Shown: positions 8,486 through 17,629 of the stretch, piece by piece
How the letters are laid out: each line of letters starts with the position of its first letter
How positions within the stretch are numbered: position 1 is the stretch's first letter
Translations under genes and position numbers: made by a program
Assembly (NCBI GenBank): GCA_947040475.1
Contig: CAMRBT010000001.1
Span: 1 to 47,463 of the forward strand
Reading direction: 5' to 3'
Length of the DNA: 47,463 nt
Source: an uncultured Brevinema sp.
GTDB taxonomy: Bacteria > Spirochaetota > Brevinematia > Brevinematales > Brevinemataceae
Notes under the pieces: model-generated
What the model was told of the DNA's origin: nothing
Seen by the model: only the letters and a program-made list of their open reading frames with translations
The model's database searches: none

Positions 8486-9961
8486 TTATGCATTTTTATT
8501 TTGACGCCAAACTTGTTCTTTTTCCCAAAGTTGACCATAGTAGTAACCTTTATTACTAAGTTTGATTTTATTTTCTTGAGGAAGAGGCACATAACGCCAG
8601 AACACATAACGTGCATTTTGTTCTAGTTTTTGCATACCTTGAGTTTCTTTTGTCATCCAAATAAGATAATCGGTAATAAACAATGTTTTTAAATCGCCTT
8701 TTAGCTTGGCTTCGAGATAGTATTCATAGTAACGACCTGTCAATCCTTCTTCCATCCAATAGTAAGAAGCAATTTCTTTGGCAGCTTGCCATCGAATATC
8801 CCCTATTCCTGTTAGTAGAGACAAATCCGCAGATCTAGTAAAAATAGGAAGGACTACCCGCCCTCGACCAAATTGTTTATTATCATTATCTAAAGCTTCC
8901 CAACATGCTCCTGTAGCACCATAACCAGGTAACAAAATCATATAAGGCATAATATTCATAATTTCGCCTTTATAAGTGCGTTCAAAAGCCTCAGGATCTA
9001 AAGCTAACCATTGATTTAATTTTTTCTTTACTGTTTCTCTAAAGAGATAGTCTCTACTTTCTTTTGGTAAAAATCCAGATGTTAATAAAGGGAAAGGATT
9101 CCCTTTACGTCCTACTGTCATCTTTACCATTTGACGTAAATTGCTTACTTCAGACATTAAACTTTCTTTATTATTTGAACTACTTTCTTGAGCTCCACCA
9201 CCACTACCATTGTTTTCTTCTTGTAATTCATCAAGAGATTCTTGAGCTTTTGCCATGACACGGGCACACAGTGCCATTTCTTTATTAATTTTTCTTATTT
9301 CTTTATGAAGAGAAGGTATTTCATCTAAAGCTTTAGTTTGATCAGCACTATAAACACCCTCATATCTTGTTTCAGGATCTGAATGTATTTCTCGTAACAC
9401 ATCAAATATCAGAGATAAATCATGTAAGGTCTTATCTCTCTGTTCCTTAAACAAATCAAATCTTCCCTTTTCTACCTGTAATAAAGCTACATGTTTTTCT
9501 TGTTTACCACTTACTACCTGAGCAGTTTGAGCTGGTGACGCTGCAGCAGAAGGACCTTCTGTTTCATCAACAGCTGAAGGTTTTATTTTTCCGTCAACAA
9601 TCCCTTGAAGCCATTCATCAGCATAAAACATTGTTTCTGATTCATAATCAACAGGAGTTAGAGGTTGATTTAAAATAAATTTTTGATCTTCTGGAGATAA
9701 ATTCCTAAGATCAACGAGTCCATAACGGAGGAACATTCTTTTAGCAGTACTTAATTCGGGGTTGATCAATTTAGCGACCATAGGATATAGTTCCCAAAAC
9801 ATATTACCTAATTTATCTCTATACATACGCTTATCTTCTTTATCAGTAGCTGTTTCATAGTTTTTTTTCATTTGTAAAAATCGTTCCGCAAAAGCATCTT
9901 CTATTCCTAGCAAAAGTTTTTTCACATAACTATTATCTGGTAAATCTTGATATAATCCCAT
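8486..9961 (-). CDS. Hypothetical cytoplasmic protein (491 aa), no family recognised
   Basis: Long clean ORF with no signal peptide. Two globular halves are separated by Ala/Ser/Gly-rich low-complexity and coiled-coil-like segments. Confidence 0.6.
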   Translation of the reverse strand: MGLYQDLPDNSYVKKLLLGIEDAFAERFLQMKKNYETATDKEDKRMYRDKLGNMFWELYPMVAKLINPELSTAKRMFLRYGLVDLRNLSPEDQKFILNQPLTPVDYESETMFYADEWLQGIVDGKIKPSAVDETEGPSAAASPAQTAQVVSGKQEKHVALLQVEKGRFDLFKEQRDKTLHDLSLIFDVLREIHSDPETRYEGVYSADQTKALDEIPSLHKEIRKINKEMALCARVMAKAQESLDELQEENNGSGGGAQESSSNNKESLMSEVSNLRQMVKMTVGRKGNPFPLLTSGFLPKESRDYLFRETVKKKLNQWLALDPEAFERTYKGEIMNIMPYMILLPGYGATGACWEALDNDNKQFGRGRVVLPIFTRSADLSLLTGIGDIRWQAAKEIASYYWMEEGLTGRYYEYYLEAKLKGDLKTLFITDYLIWMTKETQGMQKLEQNARYVFWRYVPLPQENKIKLSNKGYYYGQLWEKEQVWRQNKNA

Positions 9962-10094
9962 TCTATCACCCTTAATTTTTATATTTACAAATACAATCTA
10001 TTTTATTATATTAACTTAATTTATTTTTTCAACAAATTAACTATTTTTTATTATTTTCTTTTTATTATTATTTTTATTATTTTATAGTAGATAC

Positions 10095-10123
10095 TTGAAT
10101 AAAGAACATTAACATTGTATAAT
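10095..10123 (+). promoter_or_regulatory. sigma70-type promoter for murI
   Basis: TTGAAT (10095-10100), 17-nt spacer, TATAAT (10118-10123). Confidence 0.55.
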
Positions 10124-10160
10124 AATGAACTAATTATATTAATTTTATAAGGATTTCACT

Positions 10161-10913
10161 ATGTCATTCATTGGTGTCTTTGATTCAGGTCTTGGAGGTT
10201 TAAGTGTTCTCAAACATCTTCACCAACAATTTCCTCACGAAGAATTCGTTTATCTTGCCGATTCTCAGAATATTCCTTATGGTGAGAAAAATACAAATCA
10301 ATTAAAAGAAATATTCAACCATAATATTAACTGTTTCAAAAAGGCCAAAGGCATTGTTGTGGCTTGTAGTACGATAAGTAGTTTGATCCCCGAAATAAGC
10401 CCTCCAAAAATTCCTGTATACAGTATTATTGATTCTTTAGTGCAAACATATACTCAAGAATTTAGTGACATTAAGAATATCGGCATTCTTGCGACATCTT
10501 TTACAGTAGAGCATGGTGCTTATTTAAATGCTTTTAATCAGGCTAATTTTAGTGCAAATATTACACAAATTGCAGCACCACTACTAGTGCCTGCCATAGA
10601 AAATAATGCAGACAATATTGTAGAAATATTAGATCAATATATTGCTCAATTTCCTAATAACATTAAACATTTAATCTTAGGTTGTACACATTATAATTTA
10701 TTATTAGAAAAATTTCAACAGAACTATAAAAATTTAACAATAATAAATCCCTATAGTGGAATTATACAACAAGTATCATCTATTATTTCTAAAGAAAAAA
10801 CAGATATTATCAAACCTCTTGTGTTTTTAACGACCAAATATAGTGAGAACTTGCAAAAAATTTCAGAAGAAATAATGCAACAAGATATTATTTGGGAATC
10901 TATTTCTCTCTAA
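10161..10913 (+). CDS. murI: Glutamate racemase
   Basis: Motifs GVFDSGLGGLSV, VVACSTISS and LGCTHYNLL (both catalytic Cys motifs). Confidence 0.9.
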   Translation: MSFIGVFDSGLGGLSVLKHLHQQFPHEEFVYLADSQNIPYGEKNTNQLKEIFNHNINCFKKAKGIVVACSTISSLIPEISPPKIPVYSIIDSLVQTYTQEFSDIKNIGILATSFTVEHGAYLNAFNQANFSANITQIAAPLLVPAIENNADNIVEILDQYIAQFPNNIKHLILGCTHYNLLLEKFQQNYKNLTIINPYSGIIQQVSSIISKEKTDIIKPLVFLTTKYSENLQKISEEIMQQDIIWESISL

Positions 10914-10945
10914 AATTCACTTCATATCAATATCTAGGAGATATC

Positions 10946-12001
10946 ATGAATAAAAAAATCATTGTATTTATCACTTTACTATGTACTCTATCTATCAACA
11001 CTCCCGCAGCTGTCGTCAATCAAATTATAGTTAGTGTAGGCAGTATCGCTATTACTAGTTTTGACATTGCTCGTATGCGTGACTTTGAAGCTATTATTGC
11101 TCAAAAACGACCTACTTCCAACGAAGCCTTAGAAAAACTTATTACTTTATCTTCTTTGTTAGTAATTGCAGAAAATAATTCCGATTATTATATGGACGAA
11201 GTAGAGTTAAGAAAACAAATTGGCACTATGACAAACAATCCTTCAGACCCAAATAGTCCCCAACGTAAAAAATTATACGAAGATTATAGTGACTTATATA
11301 GAATGCTCATCAGATCAGATAAAGTCAAAAAAGGATTGATGTTTGGTGATGTCCATGTAAAAGCAGAAATTAACAAACCTATTCCTATAGGAGAATCTAA
11401 GGCATTCTACAACAAAAACAAAGCTCAATTTAAAGATTCTCCCTTCCCAAAATTCAATCTTATTATTTTTGCAGTAGCAGCCTCAGACAAATGGACTTTA
11501 ACAGAACTTTCTGAAGTAGAAACAAAAATGCAAGCACTTGCTAAAGATCTTGATACTTCTAATAATTTTAATGCCCTAAAAAAGAAATATTCTTCTTTAC
11601 GATTTACTGCCTTTTCTGGAGCTACAGGATTATTCACTCCCGATATTCTTATTCTTCAAAAGAAAATCCCCGATGAAATTCTAGGAATTGCTCTTCAACC
11701 TTCTTTGAATTTGGGTGGAGCTCCTATTCCTATTGTTAAAAATAAAGGGATTTTTATTCCTCAGCCTATTCCTTTTAGAAGTACAGGGGTATCTACTTAT
11801 CTCACCATGAAAATCCTTGATGTTGTTCAACCACAACAACTTAGCTTAGATATCGCATTACCAAGAGTAGAAGAAATGATCAAATACGAAAGAGCTGAAA
11901 AAGCAATAGATAAATCTATCAAAAAGAGAATAGCCGAAGGTGAGATCACTCTCACTCCTTCCGATAATAGCTACAAAAATGTTTTTAACAAATTTAAATA
12001 A
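10946..12001 (+). CDS. Secreted SurA-N-like periplasmic chaperone / degenerate PPIase-like protein
   Basis: I prefer the ATG at 10946 with AGGAG 5 nt upstream. It has a signal peptide (MNKKIIVFITLLCTLSINTPAA) and a SurA N-domain-like start (VNQIIVSVGSIAITSFDI). I could not see a convincing rotamase motif. Confidence 0.45.
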   Translation: MNKKIIVFITLLCTLSINTPAAVVNQIIVSVGSIAITSFDIARMRDFEAIIAQKRPTSNEALEKLITLSSLLVIAENNSDYYMDEVELRKQIGTMTNNPSDPNSPQRKKLYEDYSDLYRMLIRSDKVKKGLMFGDVHVKAEINKPIPIGESKAFYNKNKAQFKDSPFPKFNLIIFAVAASDKWTLTELSEVETKMQALAKDLDTSNNFNALKKKYSSLRFTAFSGATGLFTPDILILQKKIPDEILGIALQPSLNLGGAPIPIVKNKGIFIPQPIPFRSTGVSTYLTMKILDVVQPQQLSLDIALPRVEEMIKYERAEKAIDKSIKKRIAEGEITLTPSDNSYKNVFNKFK

Positions 12002-12032
12002 ATAATAAAGATAAGATATAGGAATCACAATC

Positions 12033-12548
12033 ATGATAGAAAAAAGAATTAGTGCACGAAGATACGGACGTTTATTAGCAGTTTTATATCTTAACGACAA
12101 CATAGAAAATATTAGCGATGAAGCTATTCCTTCTATATATATAGAAAAATTAGAAACATATTTACCAGAATACCCTACCCTACCCTCAAATGTTCAAAAT
12201 CAAATTATTCAATTTGCTCAAAGTACTATTATGAATGTCTACGATCAAGAAAAATCATTGATTGAGGTTGTTGCTAAGACTAGTACTAATAGAACTTGGG
12301 ATAAATTTTTAACCCTAGATAAAGCTTTGTTATTAATAGGTGTCTTAAATCTTCAAAAAGAAGACACTCCTTCTGTGATTGTTAAAGAGATTCTCATTGT
12401 TAGTGATATGCTAAACAATCAAAATGCGGCTCCTTATTTATCAGGAATCCTAAAAAGTATTGCTTTCCCAATAAAAGAAAACACTTCTGTATTTGGTAAT
12501 TTTAAGAAAACCTCAAAAATCAGATTAAAAACACCTCGACAAGGATAA
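12033..12548 (+). CDS. nusB: Transcription antitermination factor NusB-like
   Basis: N-terminal ARRYGRLLAVLYL and C-terminal LDKALLLIGVLNL...PSVIVKEILIVSDML...YLSGILKSI parallel the NusB consensus (R..A.Q.LY; DRAILRLA..EL; INEAVELAK; FVNGVLD). Confidence 0.6.
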   Translation: MIEKRISARRYGRLLAVLYLNDNIENISDEAIPSIYIEKLETYLPEYPTLPSNVQNQIIQFAQSTIMNVYDQEKSLIEVVAKTSTNRTWDKFLTLDKALLLIGVLNLQKEDTPSVIVKEILIVSDMLNNQNAAPYLSGILKSIAFPIKENTSVFGNFKKTSKIRLKTPRQG

Positions 12549-12552
12549 TATT

Positions 12553-13170
12553 ATGATAAAGTCTTTAGAAGAATTGTATAAAATTATTAATGTCTTACGT
12601 TCAGAAAATGGTTGTCCTTGGGATAAAGCACAAACGATACAATCCTTAGACAAACTTTTTTTGGAAGAATGTTTTGAACTATCTGATGCCATTCAAGAAA
12701 ATAATTCCAAAGATATTTCTGAAGAGCTTGGTGATGTTACTTTTATGCTTTTACTACTCAGTCATATTGCCCAGCAAGATGATGTTTGTAACTTGCCTGA
12801 TGTATATAATCAAGCAATAGAAAAACTGATTTTTAGACATCCTCATGTTTTTGGAGACACAAAAGTATCCAATCAAGAAGAAGTCATTGCTAATTGGGAA
12901 CTATTGAAGAAAAAAGAAAAATCAGAACGTAGCAGTACCTTTGATGGAATCCCAAAATCTCTCCCTGAGATGATGCGTTTTGACAAATTAATGAGAAAAT
13001 TATCTACCCACAATCAAAATATACAAGACTACAAAGATCATACCCCTACACCCAAATCAAGCCTCAAAGATACATTAATTCAATATGCTTCCGAAGGACA
13101 TAGTCTCTCACAATTAATGACAGAAATTAATACAGAAATCGAAACACAAGCTAGACAAAAAGGATTATAA
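12553..13170 (+). CDS. mazG: MazG-family nucleoside triphosphate pyrophosphohydrolase
   Basis: Motifs GCPWDKAQT, EECFELSDAI and EELGDVTFML. Confidence 0.85.
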   Translation: MIKSLEELYKIINVLRSENGCPWDKAQTIQSLDKLFLEECFELSDAIQENNSKDISEELGDVTFMLLLLSHIAQQDDVCNLPDVYNQAIEKLIFRHPHVFGDTKVSNQEEVIANWELLKKKEKSERSSTFDGIPKSLPEMMRFDKLMRKLSTHNQNIQDYKDHTPTPKSSLKDTLIQYASEGHSLSQLMTEINTEIETQARQKGL

Positions 13171-13182
13171 TTTAGGTAACTT

Positions 13183-15240
13183 ATGAAAATTCCTGAACTC
13201 AAAACCATTCCCATAGCTCAACATTACACAGAGCGTCAAAGTTATTTACTTCACAAAATGGGGATAGAGAACTTAGAAGATCTTATCACTTATTTTCCTT
13301 TTCGTTATGAAGACAGATCAGAGATCAGCACCTTAACAGATCTCGTTTTTTCTCAAGAAACGGCTGTTATTAGAGCTACTGTTACCGCTCAAGAATCTTT
13401 TTTTTGGAACAAAAAAAGACAAGTCAAAATCCTTATCACCGATCATTCTGCTAGTGCTGAACTCGTTACTTTCAATATGCGTGGCATAGACAAATTAATG
13501 TCTGTAGGGCAAGAATTTTATATTTATGGCAAATTTGAATTTCGCTTTAATAAAATCCAATCGTCTAATTTTGAATTTGAAACCATAGAAAAATTTGGAT
13601 CACCGACTTCACTCTTGGGTAAAATAGTCCCCGTTTATCGTGTTACCGAAGGATTACGACAAAAAGAATTTTATAAAATAATCAAAAAAGCTTTTGATCT
13701 TTCGCTCAAACATATTAAAGATCCTGTACCCAAATATTTTAGAGAAAGCAGAAATTTGTTAGATAAAATAGCCTGTTTACAACAATTACATTATCCTGAC
13801 ACCTTTTCACAATTAGAAAAAGCAAGAGTACGCGGTGCTTATGAAGAATTTCTCTGCACAAGAATAGCCCTAGAACTGCGAAGAATGCAAGAGATCAAAG
13901 TAATAAAAGAACATCGTTATCCTAACAAAGATATCTTAGCCAAATTTGAACAAGAATTACCCTTCAAGATGACTTCTGCTCAAGAGCGTGTGATTCAAGA
14001 AATATTTGAAGATCTCAATCAAGAACATGCCATGCACCGACTCCTTCAAGGAGATGTTGGTTCTGGTAAGACTACCGTTGCTCTAGCAGCGATGATTCTT
14101 GCTGCTGCTAATGGACACCAAGCTGCTTTTCTTGCCCCTACAGAAGTTTTATCTTTTCAACATTATAAAAAAATAAAGCCCCTTTTAGAAATATTACAAA
14201 TTCCTTGTGCTTTATTGACAGGAAGCTTTTCTACCAAAGATAGACAACCCATTTTAGAAGGGTTAAAACTCGGTACTCTTCCTATTATTATAGGAACGCA
14301 TGCTTTGTTTCAAAAAGAAGTTATCTACAACAATCTCACTTTAGTGATTATTGATGAACAACACAAATTTGGGGTAGAACAACGTGGGATGCTCATCAAA
14401 AAAGGAGAAAATCCTGACATTTTAGCAATGACAGCCACCCCTATTCCTCGTACTATTACTTTATCATTATATGGAGATCTAGATATTTCTGTAATCGATG
14501 AACTACCTGCAGGAAGACAAGAAATCACAACGACCCATGTCAAAAAAAGTCAATACAGAGCTATGTTGGATAAATTACATAAAGAAATACACAAAGGTAG
14601 ACAGGCTTTTGTTGTATGTCCTTTTATTGAAGAGAACGAAAATATGGCAGATGTAAAATCTGCAGAACAAGTATATGCAGATTTTGTGAAACTCTTTCCT
14701 CAATATAATATTAGTATTATTCATGGGCGTATGTCTCAAAGTGAAAAAGATCAAATCATGAAAGAATTTGCTTTAAATAATTCTCAAATTCTCGTTGCTA
14801 CTACCGTCATCGAAGTAGGGATTGATATTCCTAATGCTACAATTATGATTATAGAAAATGCAGAACGTTTTGGATTGGCTCAATTACACCAATTACGTGG
14901 ACGTGTCGGTAGAGGAAAAGATAAATCTTTTTGTTTTGCTGTAAATCATGGATATGATGCAGATCTTCGTTTAGATATTTTTTGTTCTACGACAGATGGC
15001 TTTGTAATTGCTGAGGAAGATCTCAAAATTAGAGGTCCTGGTGAAATTTTAGGCGTCAAACAAACAGGTGTCCCTGTTTTTAAGTTAGCTGACTTTGCTA
15101 AAGATCAAAAAATATTACAAGCTTCCGTCAATGATTCTCAATTAATTTTTGAGAAGGATCCCAAGCTTGAACTACCTATACACCTATCATTACTGGAATT
15201 TTTAGAACTAGATAGTTCTTTCAGAGTATTCTCTGGATAA
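13183..15240 (+). CDS. recG: ATP-dependent DNA helicase RecG
   Basis: 685 aa. N-terminal wedge/OB region, then helicase motifs GDVGSGKT, IIDEQHKFG, MTATPIPRT and QLHQLRGRVGRG. Confidence 0.93.
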   Translation: MKIPELKTIPIAQHYTERQSYLLHKMGIENLEDLITYFPFRYEDRSEISTLTDLVFSQETAVIRATVTAQESFFWNKKRQVKILITDHSASAELVTFNMRGIDKLMSVGQEFYIYGKFEFRFNKIQSSNFEFETIEKFGSPTSLLGKIVPVYRVTEGLRQKEFYKIIKKAFDLSLKHIKDPVPKYFRESRNLLDKIACLQQLHYPDTFSQLEKARVRGAYEEFLCTRIALELRRMQEIKVIKEHRYPNKDILAKFEQELPFKMTSAQERVIQEIFEDLNQEHAMHRLLQGDVGSGKTTVALAAMILAAANGHQAAFLAPTEVLSFQHYKKIKPLLEILQIPCALLTGSFSTKDRQPILEGLKLGTLPIIIGTHALFQKEVIYNNLTLVIIDEQHKFGVEQRGMLIKKGENPDILAMTATPIPRTITLSLYGDLDISVIDELPAGRQEITTTHVKKSQYRAMLDKLHKEIHKGRQAFVVCPFIEENENMADVKSAEQVYADFVKLFPQYNISIIHGRMSQSEKDQIMKEFALNNSQILVATTVIEVGIDIPNATIMIIENAERFGLAQLHQLRGRVGRGKDKSFCFAVNHGYDADLRLDIFCSTTDGFVIAEEDLKIRGPGEILGVKQTGVPVFKLADFAKDQKILQASVNDSQLIFEKDPKLELPIHLSLLEFLELDSSFRVFSG

Positions 15241-15260
15241 GTAAAAAATCAATAAAAAAA

Positions 15261-15288
15261 CACCCTTTTATTTAAAGGGTGTTTTTTT
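15261..15288 (+). terminator. Rho-independent terminator after recG
   Basis: Stem cacccttt/aaagggtg (15261-15281) followed by T7. Confidence 0.8.
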
Positions 15289-15298
15289 ATTTTTTTAT

Positions 15299-15330
15299 TA
15301 AAGTTTGAGATATTGCCTATCCGATACATA
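15299..15330 (+). promoter_or_regulatory. Candidate flaB1 promoter, either sigma28-like or sigma70-like (ambiguous)
   Basis: One reading is TAAAGTTT (15299-15306) ... tCCGATAc (15320-27), which resembles TAAA-N15-GCCGATAA but with an N17 spacer. The same bases also read TTGAGA-N17-ATAAAT. Confidence 0.4.
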
Positions 15331-15558
15331 AATGTAATCTTATACACTTTGAATTTTACGGTGTATTGATAAAAGTATTTAGTTTATCTAATATATTTTC
15401 GGTCTTATTTTAAAAAACTTAATAATATTTATAAAAAAATTACGGATAGAATAAAGGATATAGGAGGAACAGATATTAAATCCAATAGGAGTTGGACTTA
15501 ATATGATTATATCATTAAAATTAATCAAAAAATACTTACATGAATCAAGGAGGATATC

Positions 15559-16419
15559 ATGATTATTAATAACAACATCAGTTCCATTTTTGGGAACAGG
15601 CAGCTATCTATTGGATCAGCTAATACTGATAAAAACATGGAGAGATTGTCTTCAGGTATGCGTATAAACCGTGCTGGTGATGATGCTTCTGGACTTGCAG
15701 TTTCTGAAAAAATGAGATCACAAATTCGTGGTTTAAATCAAGCTCTTAGAAATACTCAAGATGGTGTATCTTTTATTCAAACAACAGAAGGTTATTTGCA
15801 AGAAGTAGGAAATGCTCTTCAACGTGTACGTGAACTTTCTATTCAAGCAGCCAACGGTATTTACTCCGATGAAGATCGTGGATATATCCAAGTAGAAGTA
15901 TCTCAAATGGTCGAAGAGATTGATCGTATTGGAGAGCAAGCTCAATTTAATGGTCTAAAAATGCTTTCTGGTATGTTTGCTGAACCAACAGCTGAGAGTG
16001 TACCTGCTTCCGAAATGTATTTACAGCTCGGTGCAAATATGGATGAAAGAGTACAAGTATTTGTTGGTACAATGAATGCAACTTCTTTAGGTCTAAAAGA
16101 TATGGCAACTCAAGAGCCTATTTCAATGGCAACTCAAGATAGTGCTAATTTAGCTATAGGTACTATTGATCAAGCCCTTTCAAAAGTTAATGCACAACGT
16201 GCTGACTTAGGTGCTTATCAAAATAGACTTGAATCATCAACACGTAGTATCATGGTTGGATCTGAAAATCTCCAAGCTGCCGAATCTCGTATTCGTGATA
16301 CCAATATGGCTCAAGAATCTAGCTTATTAGCTAAAAACCAAGTCTTAACACAAGCTGCGGTTTCCATGTTAGCTCAGGCTAACCAAAAACCTCAGATGGT
16401 TTTACAACTATTAAGATAG
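15559..16419 (+). CDS. flaB: Flagellar filament core protein (flagellin) FlaB, copy 1
   Basis: 286 aa. MIINNNIS..., RINRAGDDASGLAVSEKMRSQIRGL, RADLGAYQNRLE and a C-terminal ...LLR. A strong SD AAGGAGGA is present. Confidence 0.95.
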   Translation: MIINNNISSIFGNRQLSIGSANTDKNMERLSSGMRINRAGDDASGLAVSEKMRSQIRGLNQALRNTQDGVSFIQTTEGYLQEVGNALQRVRELSIQAANGIYSDEDRGYIQVEVSQMVEEIDRIGEQAQFNGLKMLSGMFAEPTAESVPASEMYLQLGANMDERVQVFVGTMNATSLGLKDMATQEPISMATQDSANLAIGTIDQALSKVNAQRADLGAYQNRLESSTRSIMVGSENLQAAESRIRDTNMAQESSLLAKNQVLTQAAVSMLAQANQKPQMVLQLLR

Positions 16420-16436
16420 GCTATTTAATCAAAAAT

Positions 16437-16465
16437 GTTTCCTAATTTTATTTAGGAAACTTTTT
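16437..16465 (+). terminator. Terminator after flaB1
   Basis: Stem gtttcctaa/ttaggaaac (16437-16460) followed by TTTTT. Confidence 0.75.
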
Positions 16466-16594
16466 GATTTTATACGGTACTACTAACATATCATTATTTT
16501 CCTCTAAGAAATTATATATCATGTCTTAATCTACTATTTAGAAAGAGACTCTACTCTGTACAAGGATGGATATATATTCAAGGAGGAATAATAT

Positions 16595-17527
16595 ATGATT
16601 ATTAACAATAATATTAGCTCTATTTTTGCGAATAGACAAGCTAGTATGATAGATGGCAAAGTTTCTAAAAATATGGAACAACTATCTTCAGGAATGCGTA
16701 TTAATAGTGGTGCAGATGATGCCTCAGGGCTTGCTGTTTCCGAAAAAATGCGTACTCAAATTCGTGGTTTGGATCAAGCCATGAGAAACACCCAAGATGC
16801 CACCTCTTTCATTCAAACGGCAGAAGGTTATTTACAGGAAGTAACTAGCTCTTTGCAACGTGTAAGAGAATTGAGTATTCAAGGGGCTAATGGGATTTAC
16901 ACTGATGAAGATCGTGGATATCTCAACCTAGAAATAGGATTACTTGTAGATGAGATTGATCGTATTTCTAATACGGCTCAATTTAACACAATGGCCATGC
17001 TCAATGGTAGATTTGCTCAACCTGGTGTTGTAGCACCTACTGCTGAAGTTGTTGCAGATCCGGGTCAAGCCGTAGCTGATAACAACATTCCCCCTGCACC
17101 TGTTATGGATACAACTAGTGGTTTATTGCTACATATTGGACCTAATCAAGACGATAATGTACAACTGTACATTAGAGAACTTAGTGCTGAAGGATTAGGA
17201 CTGCGTGATGGTGACGGTAACGTTACTATTGGAACAACATCTGCTGACTTAGCCAATTTATCCATAGGAAAAATTGACAGTGCACTTAGTGAGGTAACAA
17301 GTCAAAGAACAGAACTTGGGGCTTATCAAAATAGATTTCAAAGTGTATATCAAGGCTTATACATTGCTTATGAGAATACCACAGCTGCTGAATCTCGTAT
17401 TCGTGACACTAATATGGCTCGTGGAGTTAGTGACCTTGTTAAGAATCAAATTCTTCAACAAGCATCTGTCTCTATGATTGCTCAAGCAAATCTAAAACCT
17501 CAAATGATTCTCTCTTTACTATCTTAA
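16595..17527 (+). CDS. flaB: Flagellar filament core protein FlaB, copy 2 (divergent, with a central insertion)
   Basis: 310 aa with the same conserved N- and C-terminal flagellin domains. It carries a ~24-aa Pro/Ala/Val-rich insertion in the variable middle. Confidence 0.93.
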   Translation: MIINNNISSIFANRQASMIDGKVSKNMEQLSSGMRINSGADDASGLAVSEKMRTQIRGLDQAMRNTQDATSFIQTAEGYLQEVTSSLQRVRELSIQGANGIYTDEDRGYLNLEIGLLVDEIDRISNTAQFNTMAMLNGRFAQPGVVAPTAEVVADPGQAVADNNIPPAPVMDTTSGLLLHIGPNQDDNVQLYIRELSAEGLGLRDGDGNVTIGTTSADLANLSIGKIDSALSEVTSQRTELGAYQNRFQSVYQGLYIAYENTTAAESRIRDTNMARGVSDLVKNQILQQASVSMIAQANLKPQMILSLLS

Positions 17528-17572
17528 CTCGACTCCACAAGAGTTAGAGTCTCTTTTTTTTTCATTAAAAAA

Positions 17573-17598
17573 TCCCCTAGTTATACTAGGGGATTTTT
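17573..17598. terminator. Bidirectional terminator between flaB2 and the convergent transporter gene
   Basis: Stem tcccctagt/actagggga (17573-17593) flanked by A5 and T5. Confidence 0.85.
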
Positions 17599-17629
17599 AT
17601 TTTTTATTTAATATCAATATAAAAAATTA

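Noticed and set aside
10021-10090. Repetitive tttttattatt-type tract between the 491-aa gene and murI
   Set aside because: It is low-complexity A/T slippage in a divergent promoter region, with no spacer-repeat periodicity. It is not a CRISPR array or minisatellite with a defined unit.
17528-17560. Possible first terminator immediately after flaB2 (gactc...gagtc followed by a T-tract)
   Set aside because: The stem is only 5 bp with a long loop. The strong hairpin at 17573-17593 is the more credible terminator.
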